Source of the DNA: a virus
Taxonomy: Duplodnaviria; Caudoviricetes
Reading direction: 5' to 3' (one strand)
DNA length: 24,181 nucleotides
IMG/VR virus record: IMGVR_UViG_3300043220_000111
Span: 1 to 24,181 of that record
The notes under the pieces are model-generated. The model saw only the letters and a list, made by a program, of their open reading frames with translations. It had not been told where the DNA came from and made no database searches. How positions within the stretch are numbered: position 1 is the first letter of the stretch; every line of letters begins with the position of its first letter. Below are positions 7,445-16,366 of the stretch, piece after piece. The translations under genes and the position numbers were made by a program.

Positions 7445-8262
7445 TAATCAAGCCCCCCCGCTTGTAGCATGACGATATTCACGTCAAAACCATTGGCAAA
7501 ATTGTTTGCTGTGAAGCTCAAGAAGTCATTGGCGTTCGCCCAGTTGTAGTGGTTGCCCAACCCATCCCATTTTCCGGTGCCAAAGATCACAGGCCGGGGC
7601 ACAAAGACAAACGTTTCCCGTCTATTTCGCTCGTAAAGGTTCTCAAAATCCACTTTGTCAGCCTCCGAAACATTGCTCAACGGCAGGTTATAATTCACTG
7701 TTTTTCTAACAAAGATTTTTTGAGATGTCCCATCGCTGAGGTCGAATAATTTTTGGGATACCTGGGGGGCTAGATCAAGACCTGTGGATCCGATCCTATC
7801 AGCAGGTAACCCAAAGAGCTCCGCTCCGATATAAATTTCGGCCACGGTGGCCTCGCCAGGACCCCCCCCAATTATTTTGTTTACGATAAAACGAACGGTA
7901 TCCCCGGGATCAATAGTTACCTCAGCAACTTCAAAATACAGATTTTTATCTGCGTTTCCAGTTTCGATTAAAACAGGACTAAACTGTTTGGTTAGGAAAG
8001 CGCTTGAGTCAAACCATTCAATTATAAAATCTTCCCAGTTACAATTTTGAATAAAAAAACGATTTATTGTAACTGTTTTTTGTGTAGTCCAAAAAATGCT
8101 TCGGCTCCCTGTTGTTAAACCGATAGAGAAATATCTCAATTCCTCGTTTCTATCAAAAATCCGTTGCTTAATTTTGTCATCAACCGCAGGCCCGCTATTC
8201 GTTATCTCACTCACATTTTTAATGAAATTGGATTCATACCATTTTGGATTTAATAGTGTCAT
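7444..8262 (-). CDS. Distal-tail (Dit)-like protein with carbohydrate-binding-like N-terminal domain
   Basis: Immediately after the TMP; beta-sandwich N-half and Dit-like C-half. Confidence 0.55.
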   Translation of the reverse strand: MTLLNPKWYESNFIKNVSEITNSGPAVDDKIKQRIFDRNEELRYFSIGLTTGSRSIFWTTQKTVTINRFFIQNCNWEDFIIEWFDSSAFLTKQFSPVLIETGNADKNLYFEVAEVTIDPGDTVRFIVNKIIGGGPGEATVAEIYIGAELFGLPADRIGSTGLDLAPQVSQKLFDLSDGTSQKIFVRKTVNYNLPLSNVSEADKVDFENLYERNRRETFVFVPRPVIFGTGKWDGLGNHYNWANANDFLSFTANNFANGFDVNIVMLQAGGLD

Positions 8263-8263
8263 C

Positions 8264-10294
8264 TTAGGATCCCGCCTTATTTAGTTTTGAGAACTGTGGA
8301 TTAAATGGGGCCGTGGCTCGGGCTATCTCTCGGCCATCAATTTGAAGGATTATCGGTTGCTGGCCCATGGTATCTATTTTGGCGTTTAGCTTGTTTATCA
8401 TTGCCTCTAGGGAGGCGCTTGTAGATTCCTTCATTACAAACTCGCCCTTCTCAAGGGTTGCTGGCACCTCGTTGGGGCCAAGCCTGCCCCTGTCTACCGG
8501 CCCGCCCTGTTGGAATCTCTGGACGGGGCCGCCTTCGTGGAATTTGATGGCGCCCAGGGCTGCCTTTGCCGCCGTTCCTGCAGCGATTATTAGAGGGATT
8601 TTAAATAAAGAGGCGCCAAATGTGCCCGGCGCTTCGGCTATAGCTTTCCCAACTTCGGCCTCAACCTTCGTATCTATCTCAGCATTTGCCGTTCTTTTAG
8701 CAACTTCCCCGACCGCTTTCGCGACATTGCCTTCGTTAGCGATAATCGCATCAGCTGTCTCTTGTGATATCTCCGCAACGGCCTGAGCGGTGTCTCGTTT
8801 CCTCTTCTTCTCAGCCTCTTCAGCGTCTATTTTTGCTTGCGCTTGAGCGGCAAGGAACTTTGCTTGCTCTTCAGCGATAATCTTAAAATGGTCTTTAACA
8901 GCCTCTTCCTCGGCTTTCCTAGCAGCCTCATCAACCTCTTTTTCTTCTATTCTGGCGGTAGCCTTAGCCTCTTTTCTTGCCTCCGCTTCCACCTTGACTT
9001 TAACTCTTGCTGCCCTCGCCACATCTTGCGTAGCGATATCCTGACTCCGTTTCTCTTGCTCCCTAATTAGATCTAATCCCTCTTGGCTAAGCTCAGCTTT
9101 TCTTTTAAGAATATCCACATCACCCTTGAGAAACGATTTTTTTAGGTTTTGCAGATCAGACTCACCGTTCTCCGCAAGTTCTAAAGCGGAGTTTGCCGAG
9201 GCTCTGTCTATAGCCTCTTTTTCTTTAGCTAAATCTTCATCGACTTTTACCCTATCCCGTTTTATTTTTTCAATTTCTGCTTCATTATCTTTAACCAACC
9301 CGACAATTCTAGCCAAAAGTAACTTTGCATCTAAGAATGTTTTGGTAAAAGCACCCGCGATTGTCTTAAAAATAAAGGCTATTCGGCGACCGAAATTTTC
9401 AAAAGAACGGCCTAAGAAATCCAGCGTAGTTTTAATCGAATCGAATACAAAATCAGTTATTGCGAAAAACTTAGTAAAGCCCACTCCAAGGTCTTTTATA
9501 AAATTGATGATTTGCTTTATTCTGAATGCAAGAATTTTAAAACCGAAGGCCATATCTCCTATAAAGATAATCCATTTTCGCAAACCACCCGCCTCTGCAC
9601 TGGTTATAAATTTATCAATCGCCGGAAGTAGTCTTTTTTGAATAATTGGAATTAACTCAAATCCAATTTCCTCCGAAAGATCAAAAAACCTGTTTTTTAA
9701 TTGAACGATTTGTCCTGAGAAAGTTTTTGTTTGAGCTAATGCCCGCCCCCCAAATTGCTCATTAATTTTGGCAATCGTAGCGGCCAATTTGTCGGCTTTC
9801 GGTATGTTTTTCTCTAAAACAATTCCATACCGAGACAGTGACCCCGTTTCACCTGCGGCGGCTTTGCCCATAAGTAGCGTTGCGTTTTTGAGATTTCCTG
9901 TTACCGCGGCCAAATCAAGGGTTGCCTTGGTAGCTTCCTCTAGCTCCCCAGGCAAAACACCCAAAGAAATGAGCATGGCCTGAGTTTCAATGATAGCTTC
10001 GTCACCGAATTTGCTAACTTTTTGAAGGGAGGCTGCTAAATCTTGGAACTTCTGAGAGACATTTGGCGTGAAAGCGCCGATTGTTTTTAGGGCTGCGTTC
10101 AGATTATTAATCGCATCCTCTTGGACTTGGGCATTGCGAATTGACACAGCGAGGGCGCCTCCCAATGCGACAAAGCCCACCTTCGCTATACCTAATCCTA
10201 CGGAACCCAGCTTTTTGAGCCCCGCAGTTATCCGCCCGAATCCTTTGGAGGCCTTGTCTTTTAAAGTGATTAATAAGGTAGCTTTAGGCGCCAT
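8264..10294 (-). CDS. Tail tape measure protein
   Basis: 'LLITLKDKASKG' N-terminus, Ala-rich helical core, periodic aromatics, 'FHEGG/FQQGG', 'EVPATLEKGEFV', 'LQIDGREIARA' C-terminus. Confidence 0.95.
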   Translation of the reverse strand: MAPKATLLITLKDKASKGFGRITAGLKKLGSVGLGIAKVGFVALGGALAVSIRNAQVQEDAINNLNAALKTIGAFTPNVSQKFQDLAASLQKVSKFGDEAIIETQAMLISLGVLPGELEEATKATLDLAAVTGNLKNATLLMGKAAAGETGSLSRYGIVLEKNIPKADKLAATIAKINEQFGGRALAQTKTFSGQIVQLKNRFFDLSEEIGFELIPIIQKRLLPAIDKFITSAEAGGLRKWIIFIGDMAFGFKILAFRIKQIINFIKDLGVGFTKFFAITDFVFDSIKTTLDFLGRSFENFGRRIAFIFKTIAGAFTKTFLDAKLLLARIVGLVKDNEAEIEKIKRDRVKVDEDLAKEKEAIDRASANSALELAENGESDLQNLKKSFLKGDVDILKRKAELSQEGLDLIREQEKRSQDIATQDVARAARVKVKVEAEARKEAKATARIEEKEVDEAARKAEEEAVKDHFKIIAEEQAKFLAAQAQAKIDAEEAEKKRKRDTAQAVAEISQETADAIIANEGNVAKAVGEVAKRTANAEIDTKVEAEVGKAIAEAPGTFGASLFKIPLIIAAGTAAKAALGAIKFHEGGPVQRFQQGGPVDRGRLGPNEVPATLEKGEFVMKESTSASLEAMINKLNAKIDTMGQQPIILQIDGREIARATAPFNPQFSKLNKAGS

Positions 10295-10457
10295 GATGCC
10301 CCTTTCCTACCAATTTTCGGCATTCGGAAAGCTGAAAAATCAGGGAAAAGATAAAGCATGCCATGGCAAAACATAGCCCTATTGCCCAGCCAGATTTTAC
10401 CGAAATGAATATGGCTATTGCTAAGACAATGAGCCTAGATAGGGTTTTCCAAAGCAT
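10284..10457 (-). CDS. 57-aa protein with two predicted TM segments (absent from the ORF track)
   Basis: Hand translation MLWKTLSRLIVLAIAIFISVKSGWAIGLCFAMACFIFSLIFQLSECRKLVGKGHHGA; starts 2 nt after the tail tube stop and overlaps the TMP start. Confidence 0.55.
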   Translation of the reverse strand: MLWKTLSRLIVLAIAIFISVKSGWAIGLCFAMACFIFSLIFQLSECRKLVGKGHHGA

Positions 10458-10459
10458 AT

Positions 10460-11488
10460 TTAAACCGCATAAGCGCCCGCCACGCTGTTTACGAGTGTGA
10501 CCCGTGAATTTTCACCGAATGCTCTCAAAATGATTGGCTGATTTATGTCTTGGATATTGTCCAAGTTATCGACCGCGTCAAAAATCTCCATTTGCTCACC
10601 CTCAAATTTCATAGTGTAAGGGGTGCTAGGGTTCGTCCCTGCGTCTGATGTGTGCGTAATGAGTAGCTCGACAGCTTGCGGGGTATCTGATTTGAAAAGA
10701 GCTTGAAGTGATGTGTCGTCCTTGGCCTTCAAATTAAAACTCAACGTTGTATCTGCAATTCCATAGGTTCTTCCTACAGGAAACCGCGTACGATTGAGCT
10801 TTTGTTGCACCATCACAACGTTTACAGTTCTTTCTAATGTGAGGTCTGTAAACTCGATATTTACCGCCGTTCCAAGGGTATCTCCAATCTTGAGATTGGC
10901 CATCCATCCCTCGAACGGGCTAACTGCTGTGTATGAAGGCGTGGCTAAAGTGCCCCCCAGTTGCTCTTCTCGCCCTACCCATTCGGTTGCGAGCGTGATC
11001 ACGTCGTCTTCGGGGACGGTGAGCGTAACTTTATTCAAAAAACAACCGACAAAATCCCTTAATTTCACATTCCCGTCCTGCCCTATATTGACCTGAACCG
11101 TGGCTCCACATTGAGGGAAATCGGATTCTTGCAAGGGCTCTTTGAAAAGATGAGCAAATCCGGTAAGGACATCGCCAGATGTGAATTGATTATTGCCATA
11201 AATCAATGCCCAGATAAGGCCATTAAAAAGGTCATCCGGATAAATGGGCGCTCCGAATCCGCCCGTGACTGTGAAAACCCCTCTTTTTACAGATACCATT
11301 CGCGGGGGGAACCCGCCTCGGACTCCGGACAACAGGTCCTTTCCTGGCCTTTCTTCTTTCAAACTCACATCGGGCGACCCGCCCAAATCCTGAAATATAG
11401 TAGGAGCGACCGGCGCATCTAATGCGACTAACTGAGCGCCAACCCCTAACTGTCCTTTCCAACCCTGCGAAAATTTTGAACCTGCCAT
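10460..11488 (-). CDS. Major tail tube protein
   Basis: AAGGAGGT RBS; beta-rich 342 aa with 'FVGCFLNKVTL' and terminal 'VTLVNSVAGAY'; located between terminator and TMP. Confidence 0.85.
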   Translation of the reverse strand: MAGSKFSQGWKGQLGVGAQLVALDAPVAPTIFQDLGGSPDVSLKEERPGKDLLSGVRGGFPPRMVSVKRGVFTVTGGFGAPIYPDDLFNGLIWALIYGNNQFTSGDVLTGFAHLFKEPLQESDFPQCGATVQVNIGQDGNVKLRDFVGCFLNKVTLTVPEDDVITLATEWVGREEQLGGTLATPSYTAVSPFEGWMANLKIGDTLGTAVNIEFTDLTLERTVNVVMVQQKLNRTRFPVGRTYGIADTTLSFNLKAKDDTSLQALFKSDTPQAVELLITHTSDAGTNPSTPYTMKFEGEQMEIFDAVDNLDNIQDINQPIILRAFGENSRVTLVNSVAGAYAV

Positions 11489-11526
11489 AATTAACCTCCT
11501 TATGTCAAGTAATCGTCTTTACTTGA

Positions 11527-11697
11527 TTATGTCGTCACTTTTTGCCAAATTGTTAAGTCGCTTCCGTCACTATCTTTTGTGTTTTGACTAAACAGACTTG
11601 ATGCCTCATCATCTGAGACCTCTACCGTCTGATTTCTGATGATAATTCCCTGCCGTATTTGTCTCGATTTCATTCCGATTAATGCTAGTGTTTTCAT
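11527..11697 (-). CDS. 56-aa small protein preceding the tail tube (absent from the ORF track)
   Basis: Perfect AAGGAGG RBS; MKTLALIGMKSRQIRQGIIIRNQTVEVSDDEASSLFSQ...W; 'VEVSDDEA..L' recalls small phage virion domains. Confidence 0.75.
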   Translation of the reverse strand: MKTLALIGMKSRQIRQGIIIRNQTVEVSDDEASSLFSQNTKDSDGSDLTIWQKVTT

Positions 11698-11768
11698 AAA
11701 AAACCTCCTTTTTTGTGCTTAAACGTCGGTAAAAATAGCCCAAATCTCGGTAAAATTGTCCCCAATTT

Positions 11769-12248
11769 TTAAAGATTCCTTTCATTCATTAAAAAGACCT
11801 TTGTATGCGCTTCCAACTGAAAGTCGACCTTTAGGAATGCGTCTGTAGTCTGCTCAAACTGCTGAAATGAATAGCCCACCGAGGCCATTTGGCTCTCTTG
11901 CCCATACCTAGGATCAAGCGCCTGAGAGGTTGTTTCGTTTAAAACATCCAAAACCCGCTCCATGAGGTCGATTAAATCCAGGTATAGATTTTGAGCATTC
12001 TTGTCCGTAATAGCAGAAGTCAGAGTGAAATTGACTACGAATGAAGCCCTTTTACGGTTTTGCCCATCGGGCAATTCATTGCCACTTTGCAAAACGATGT
12101 CGAGTGCGGGGCAATCAACTGCGGTGATAACCCGCCGACGCTTGCCCATGAGCACCGATTTGACATCTTCCAGCTTTTTCCCTACCCCCCGTGCCGTTTC
12201 AAGCCGATTCAATATCTCCGTAAATAACCCTGAAAATGATCCTGCCAT
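11769..12248 (-). CDS. Tail terminator/completion-like protein
   Basis: Position and size; 'DCPALDI' motif. Confidence 0.65.
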   Translation of the reverse strand: MAGSFSGLFTEILNRLETARGVGKKLEDVKSVLMGKRRRVITAVDCPALDIVLQSGNELPDGQNRKRASFVVNFTLTSAITDKNAQNLYLDLIDLMERVLDVLNETTSQALDPRYGQESQMASVGYSFQQFEQTTDAFLKVDFQLEAHTKVFLMNERNL

Positions 12249-12808
12249 TATCGGAACCCAATTTCTACGAACACTTGATTGAGCTTCCTGTTCATGAATC
12301 TTTGAGTGCTCGGCGCTATCCGATCCCTGAAGTTGAATTGCCCGGGGATCCTGGGGACATTGGCCTGCCTCGTCAAAACGATTCCAGACTCATTGAATAT
12401 CTGGCGGGGAGATCTGCCTCGTGGCTTTTTCAGATTTTTAAACAGCTTGTTTAGGGCTGCCTGCTTGATCTGAGCCCCGGTTGAAGTGAGCACATTTTTT
12501 CTTATAGGGATGGTAAGAAACTTCTTACGCCTAGGCCGGACTGTCTTCGCCTTGAACCCACTCTCAATCCCCTCCCCAATCGCCTTGAGCTTGGTCTGAG
12601 CTATCAATCTGGTCTCTTTTGAAGGCGCTGAGACTTGATATGACTGCCTCAAAAGCCCTGTTTTTTTTGGTAGGATTTTCTTGGTCTGTTTTATCCCAAA
12701 AATAGCCGTCTGATTAAGGGCTTTTTTGACTAGCTGAGGCGACCGCACTTCAGCCTTCTTAAGGAAATTACGAATCTCTTTATCCTGAAAAATGATTGTG
12801 GTGGTCAT
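12248..12808 (-). CDS. HK97 gp10-like neck/morphogenesis protein
   Basis: Basic protein with 'PKKTGLLRQSY', 'IESG' and 'IPGQFNF'. Confidence 0.8.
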   Translation of the reverse strand: MTTTIIFQDKEIRNFLKKAEVRSPQLVKKALNQTAIFGIKQTKKILPKKTGLLRQSYQVSAPSKETRLIAQTKLKAIGEGIESGFKAKTVRPRRKKFLTIPIRKNVLTSTGAQIKQAALNKLFKNLKKPRGRSPRQIFNESGIVLTRQANVPRIPGQFNFRDRIAPSTQRFMNRKLNQVFVEIGFR

Positions 12809-13404
12809 ATATAGTGCCTCTTATAGCTCTGCAACTTCTCAAACTGCCATGTCGGGATGATCCTGTTCACAATCTCCTCTTCATTTCCGGTCTCATCTAC
12901 CACGATCTTGTTGTCTTTTGTAGAAAGCACAGCAGCGATAACCAGGCATGCGCTCTCGATATCAGCGGGGGCGGGGTCATACCCAATGTCTCCGGAGAAC
13001 TCGATTCCTAGCTCGGCGAGGGACCAGAGACCATGATCCACTTTGCTCAATTCTCCGGCCACTTTTCTCACGACAAAATCACCAGGGCCGTTGAAGGTGG
13101 TTTTCTCAGACAACACTATCCCGTCTTCTTTTATCTCTGTAACCGCGATAATCGGGGCCGGGGCTGTGATTCTTTTCCTAAAATTGGACATTTTAAAAAG
13201 ATTGTCTGAAAGGGAAGCCCTATCTATAACCTCATTCGCTATCGGCTTTTTGAAAAAGAATGTATCCGTAATCGTGTCAATGAGCCTTGAGGCTCTGGTA
13301 ATAGAATCCTCAAGGAGGGCTGTGTGGGTGGCCTGTTGCGCTGCATCCGTTCCTAGGAGTTGGACAAGTTGCTCTAAAGTCGCATAGCCATTCGTGATTG
13401 CCAT
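12805..13404 (-). CDS. Head-tail adaptor (gp6/gp15-like)
   Basis: 'YATLEQL', 'ASRLIDTIT', 'GYDPAPADIESACL', 'LQSYKR'. Confidence 0.88.
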   Translation of the reverse strand: MAITNGYATLEQLVQLLGTDAAQQATHTALLEDSITRASRLIDTITDTFFFKKPIANEVIDRASLSDNLFKMSNFRKRITAPAPIIAVTEIKEDGIVLSEKTTFNGPGDFVVRKVAGELSKVDHGLWSLAELGIEFSGDIGYDPAPADIESACLVIAAVLSTKDNKIVVDETGNEEEIVNRIIPTWQFEKLQSYKRHYI

Positions 13405-13406
13405 GA

Positions 13407-13544
13407 CTATTTTGTGTTAGACACAACTGCCTTTTTATTATGGGGGGAAGAGCCATCAAATCGACGAGAAGATTTCTCGGATTCCAGGCCTCTTTTTCTC
13501 GGCTCAATTCCAACTTTTCTAAGAGCTTCCTGGAGACTAGCCAT
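13407..13544 (-). CDS. 45-aa basic small protein
   Basis: ATG at 13544 overlaps the upstream gene end; 'PHNKKAV..TK' tail resembles small post-MCP proteins. Confidence 0.55.
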   Translation of the reverse strand: MASLQEALRKVGIEPRKRGLESEKSSRRFDGSSPHNKKAVVSNTK

Positions 13545-13908
13545 TTTTCTTGCCTTCACCAAGTTTTTTATTGGCAGCCTCCAAAGCCTTGGCCTCAGCC
13601 GCAACCTTGGCCTCAGCCTCGGCCTCGATCTTGGCTTTTTTCTCAGCATCAAGCCTAGCCTGCTTTGCCTTTAGCTCAGCCTTATATTCTTCACCCGACT
13701 TGGTGTATGAATGATCTTTCGCAATCAAAAAGCTCACATCAACGGGTTTTTGCTTAGATTTCTCGTGATATTCCTTATCCCCTCCCGGAACGTCCTCTGT
13801 GTAGCCCAGCTTATTTAGCCTCTCATTCGGCACAACTAAATCTCCAGCGTTATGAAACACGCCTTTGGCCTTATCATAAACACGTCTTTTTAGTCTTTGC
13901 ATATTCAT
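13537..13908 (-). CDS. Hypothetical post-capsid protein with AEAK-rich tail
   Basis: AAAGGA RBS before ATG 13908. Confidence 0.75.
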   Translation of the reverse strand: MNMQRLKRRVYDKAKGVFHNAGDLVVPNERLNKLGYTEDVPGGDKEYHEKSKQKPVDVSFLIAKDHSYTKSGEEYKAELKAKQARLDAEKKAKIEAEAEAKVAAEAKALEAANKKLGEGKKNG

Positions 13909-13919
13909 TTTCCTTTCTT

Positions 13920-13950
13920 GCCCCGCCACCAGGATCATCCTGGGCGGGGC
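13920..13950 (-). terminator. GC-rich hairpin directly after the major capsid gene
   Basis: GCCCCGCCCAGGATGATCCTGGTGGCGGGGC; no U-tract, so a partial terminator, stabiliser or processing site. Confidence 0.55.
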
Positions 13951-13961
13951 TTATTTCATGA

Positions 13962-15359
13962 TTAGGTGACTTGATTAAATTTGACTCCTTCAAGAGTCAC
14001 GATTGAAGTCCTGGAATTGACCGGGCTCCCCTGCATCATTCTCGTGATAAATCGGATACCAATTTGATCCTCTTTGAAGAAAATTTGGTCAGAAGTAGCG
14101 GTTTGCATCGCCCCGCCGTCTCTGTAAATCCGGAATCGTGGCAAGACCGCGTAAAATGCGCCGACATCTGTTCCGCCAGCATTTGAGTTCAGGGCTGTAT
14201 TAACCCTGCTCATTAAGCTGGTCAGGACAATGGGCCGCCCCGTTACGACATGCATCCATTGCTCTCCAACCTTTTTAACGCTCTTTAGAGGAACATTGTC
14301 ATCGCCTCGTTCTTCCGCCAACAACATGAGTTCCCTTACGTCTAAAACAAAAGTTCCTTGTTCTCTGGTTTCATCCGGAGCCGCAAGATATGCATTGGTT
14401 AAATCCTGACTCACCAATTTTCCGCCCGTACCAAAGTCAAGGATTTGATGGTTGGTGACTCCGGCATGGAATCGGAACCCGTCAAAAGGATCGCCGTCGC
14501 CGGTATTACCGGTAGCGATTAGGGGAACCATCAAACGAATCATGGCATCAGCGGCCATTATTGATATCTCACTGGCTAAATTAAAATCTGATTCCCGAAA
14601 AGCGACCCTAGCAACCGGTACAATTCCTCCAGCTTCACGATAGCTAATCGTTTGTTGATCAAAAGTTGGTTTTACTTCGTTAAATGCTGCGTTTTGATCT
14701 GCTCGGAAGGTAAAACTAAATGGCAAGATTGAATCGATTAGGGTTTTGTCTCCACCTGATCGGAATGTGATCGCCTTCAATAGCTTATCCATTTCAAAAA
14801 CCAATCTATCCATTTCCTTATCAAATTCAGGACGGACAAGGAAAGCCCCGTTGACATCATTATCGGTAACAATCCCCGCAACTTTACTCCCAAAAGTAAG
14901 CCCTTGGCTTTTGTAAACATTAAAGGCTTTTTGAGACAATTTAGCTAAATCCGTGATTATTTTGCTGTTGTCGCTTTTCCCTTCTTTAAGCCAAACCATA
15001 TTCTTGTAGAATCGGCCAACGTCCATCATGGCCTGGCGAGGGTTCTCTTTCATTTCAGAGACAACCCCTTGCTTGATCGCCGTGTCCAAAATGCCCTGAA
15101 CAGGGATGTTTTTAAGAGCAGTGTCAACCTGCGTTTTAACCGCAGTTTGTACAGCGGTATCGAATTCTGTCTTTTTAGCTGTATTCGCAACTTTTTGATC
15201 CTCTTTGGAAGTGACCTCATTTGTCTTTTTTGCCGTATCAAATGCCTTTTGAAAGGCCGCCATTTCCAATTTCTCATCCTCATCAAATAGTTTTAATGAG
15301 ATTTCGGAGTGGGTTTTCCCCTCTTTTAAGAGGGCTAAAATTTTTGTAATTAAGTCCAT
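13962..15359 (-). CDS. Major capsid protein, HK97 fold with N-terminal delta/scaffold region
   Basis: GGAGGT RBS; 'NGAFLVRPEF', 'VTGRPIVLT', 'FFKEDQIGIRFITR'; follows the prohead protease. Confidence 0.93.
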   Translation of the reverse strand: MDLITKILALLKEGKTHSEISLKLFDEDEKLEMAAFQKAFDTAKKTNEVTSKEDQKVANTAKKTEFDTAVQTAVKTQVDTALKNIPVQGILDTAIKQGVVSEMKENPRQAMMDVGRFYKNMVWLKEGKSDNSKIITDLAKLSQKAFNVYKSQGLTFGSKVAGIVTDNDVNGAFLVRPEFDKEMDRLVFEMDKLLKAITFRSGGDKTLIDSILPFSFTFRADQNAAFNEVKPTFDQQTISYREAGGIVPVARVAFRESDFNLASEISIMAADAMIRLMVPLIATGNTGDGDPFDGFRFHAGVTNHQILDFGTGGKLVSQDLTNAYLAAPDETREQGTFVLDVRELMLLAEERGDDNVPLKSVKKVGEQWMHVVTGRPIVLTSLMSRVNTALNSNAGGTDVGAFYAVLPRFRIYRDGGAMQTATSDQIFFKEDQIGIRFITRMMQGSPVNSRTSIVTLEGVKFNQVT

Positions 15360-16118
15360 TTATGCTACCTCCAATGTTTTCAAGTATTTTTCTCTCGATG
15401 TCATCGGTACTTCCTTTGGGTTCTCCGCCAACTTTCCGATATTTTCGATAGGTTGGGATATTTCCTTAGGGTTCTCAATCTTGTTTAATGACCCTATCTC
15501 AAGGGTCTCTCTGTCTATATTCTTAATCAATTCATCCAGTGATTTCATCGTGAACAGGGCTTTGGGGTTGGCTGGGATAGCGACGATGGAACCCTCGAAG
15601 AGGTCAACCGTCTCTATAAAAAACTGGCCTTTATCATTTTTTCGTAAAGAATTGTCAGTATTTTGAGCAAACTTGAATATCCCGCCCATCGAGGTCGTTT
15701 TTAGTTGGCCGTTTTTTATCAAGGTGAGCTGATGTATTGTGTTTGGAGTTTCGGAAATAAAGGCCTTGAAAAGAAGGCCTTTTGCGGTGATTTTTAAGCT
15801 CTCAAATGCCCCTGCTTGTGAGGTGGTCATATTTATATGGTCAAATAACAAGGGTAACGTTCCACCGGACTTATTTAATTGAGCCACAGCCTTGTCAAAT
15901 GCCCCTTCCATAACAATATCGCCGTCACGATCTACATTTTTAAACGTTGACAAGAATCCCTTAATCGCAACTCCTTGACGTGTATCGTTGTCATCATCAT
16001 CTAAAGCCTTTACCTCAAACGAGTGATGCTCATTGACCACCGCCACGGCTTTGTGATCCCAGCCATTGGCGTCTGCGATTGATTTTGCCTTTACTATCCA
16101 GTGTTTTTTAAAGTACAT
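15360..16118 (-). CDS. HK97-family prohead protease
   Basis: 'STFKNVDRDGDIVMEGAF', 'LLFDH', 'SMGG', 'LFEGSIVAIPANP'. Confidence 0.96.
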   Translation of the reverse strand: MYFKKHWIVKAKSIADANGWDHKAVAVVNEHHSFEVKALDDDDNDTRQGVAIKGFLSTFKNVDRDGDIVMEGAFDKAVAQLNKSGGTLPLLFDHINMTTSQAGAFESLKITAKGLLFKAFISETPNTIHQLTLIKNGQLKTTSMGGIFKFAQNTDNSLRKNDKGQFFIETVDLFEGSIVAIPANPKALFTMKSLDELIKNIDRETLEIGSLNKIENPKEISQPIENIGKLAENPKEVPMTSREKYLKTLEVA

Positions 16119-16222
16119 TTTGACTCTTTCTTATTTGACTGATAACGCTCTTTTTATCCTTTTCGCACAAAATTAAGCTCATTCTTATTTGATCGTTATT
16201 TGATCAACCCGATTTTTGGCAC

Positions 16223-16265
16223 AAAAAAAAGGCGAGCTATACGATTTTCTCGTACAACTCGCCTT
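16223..16265 (-). terminator. Rho-independent terminator upstream of the protease gene
   Basis: AAGGCGAGTTGTACGA-GAAAA-TCGTATAGCTCGCCTT-TTTTTT: 16-bp stem ending in a run of 8 U; its two G-U wobbles work only on the minus strand. Confidence 0.9.
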
Positions 16266-16361
16266 CTGGGTATCAGATCAGCGATTATTTATTATAGATG
16301 AGGCGATCTACGTCGCGGTAAGACCTGGTACCAACCCTTATCGCTCCTCTACATCGCCTCT
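16223..16361 (-). ncRNA. Candidate structured leader RNA / attenuator (~140 nt)
   Basis: Bounded by a promoter and a terminator; long interrupted hairpin at 16360-16300; alternative 2:3 pairing possible. Confidence 0.6.
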
Positions 16362-16366
16362 AATTC

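Noticed and set aside
10298-10308. Slippery-like A AAG GGG before the TMP as a TAC-type -1 frameshift
   Set aside because: The -1 frame stops after about 9 codons and the TMP is in the +1 frame; the sequence doubles as the TMP RBS.
13580-13640. GCCTCAGCC-type repeats
   Set aside because: Low-complexity coding sequence for AEAEAK.
6282-15666. Many plus-strand ORFs across the structural module
   Set aside because: Antisense shadows of well-supported minus-strand genes.
16308-16354. Leader peptide (TTG-start MVPGLTAT) or AUG-UAG minigene in the leader
   Set aside because: Weak start buried in the hairpin and no regulatory codon run; cannot be supported from sequence alone.
16270-16360. Fluoride riboswitch match (GGCGAUG start)
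   Set aside because: Lacks the adjacent UUCGCC helix and the GCUAAUGAC-type 3' pseudoknot element; the gene context does not fit.
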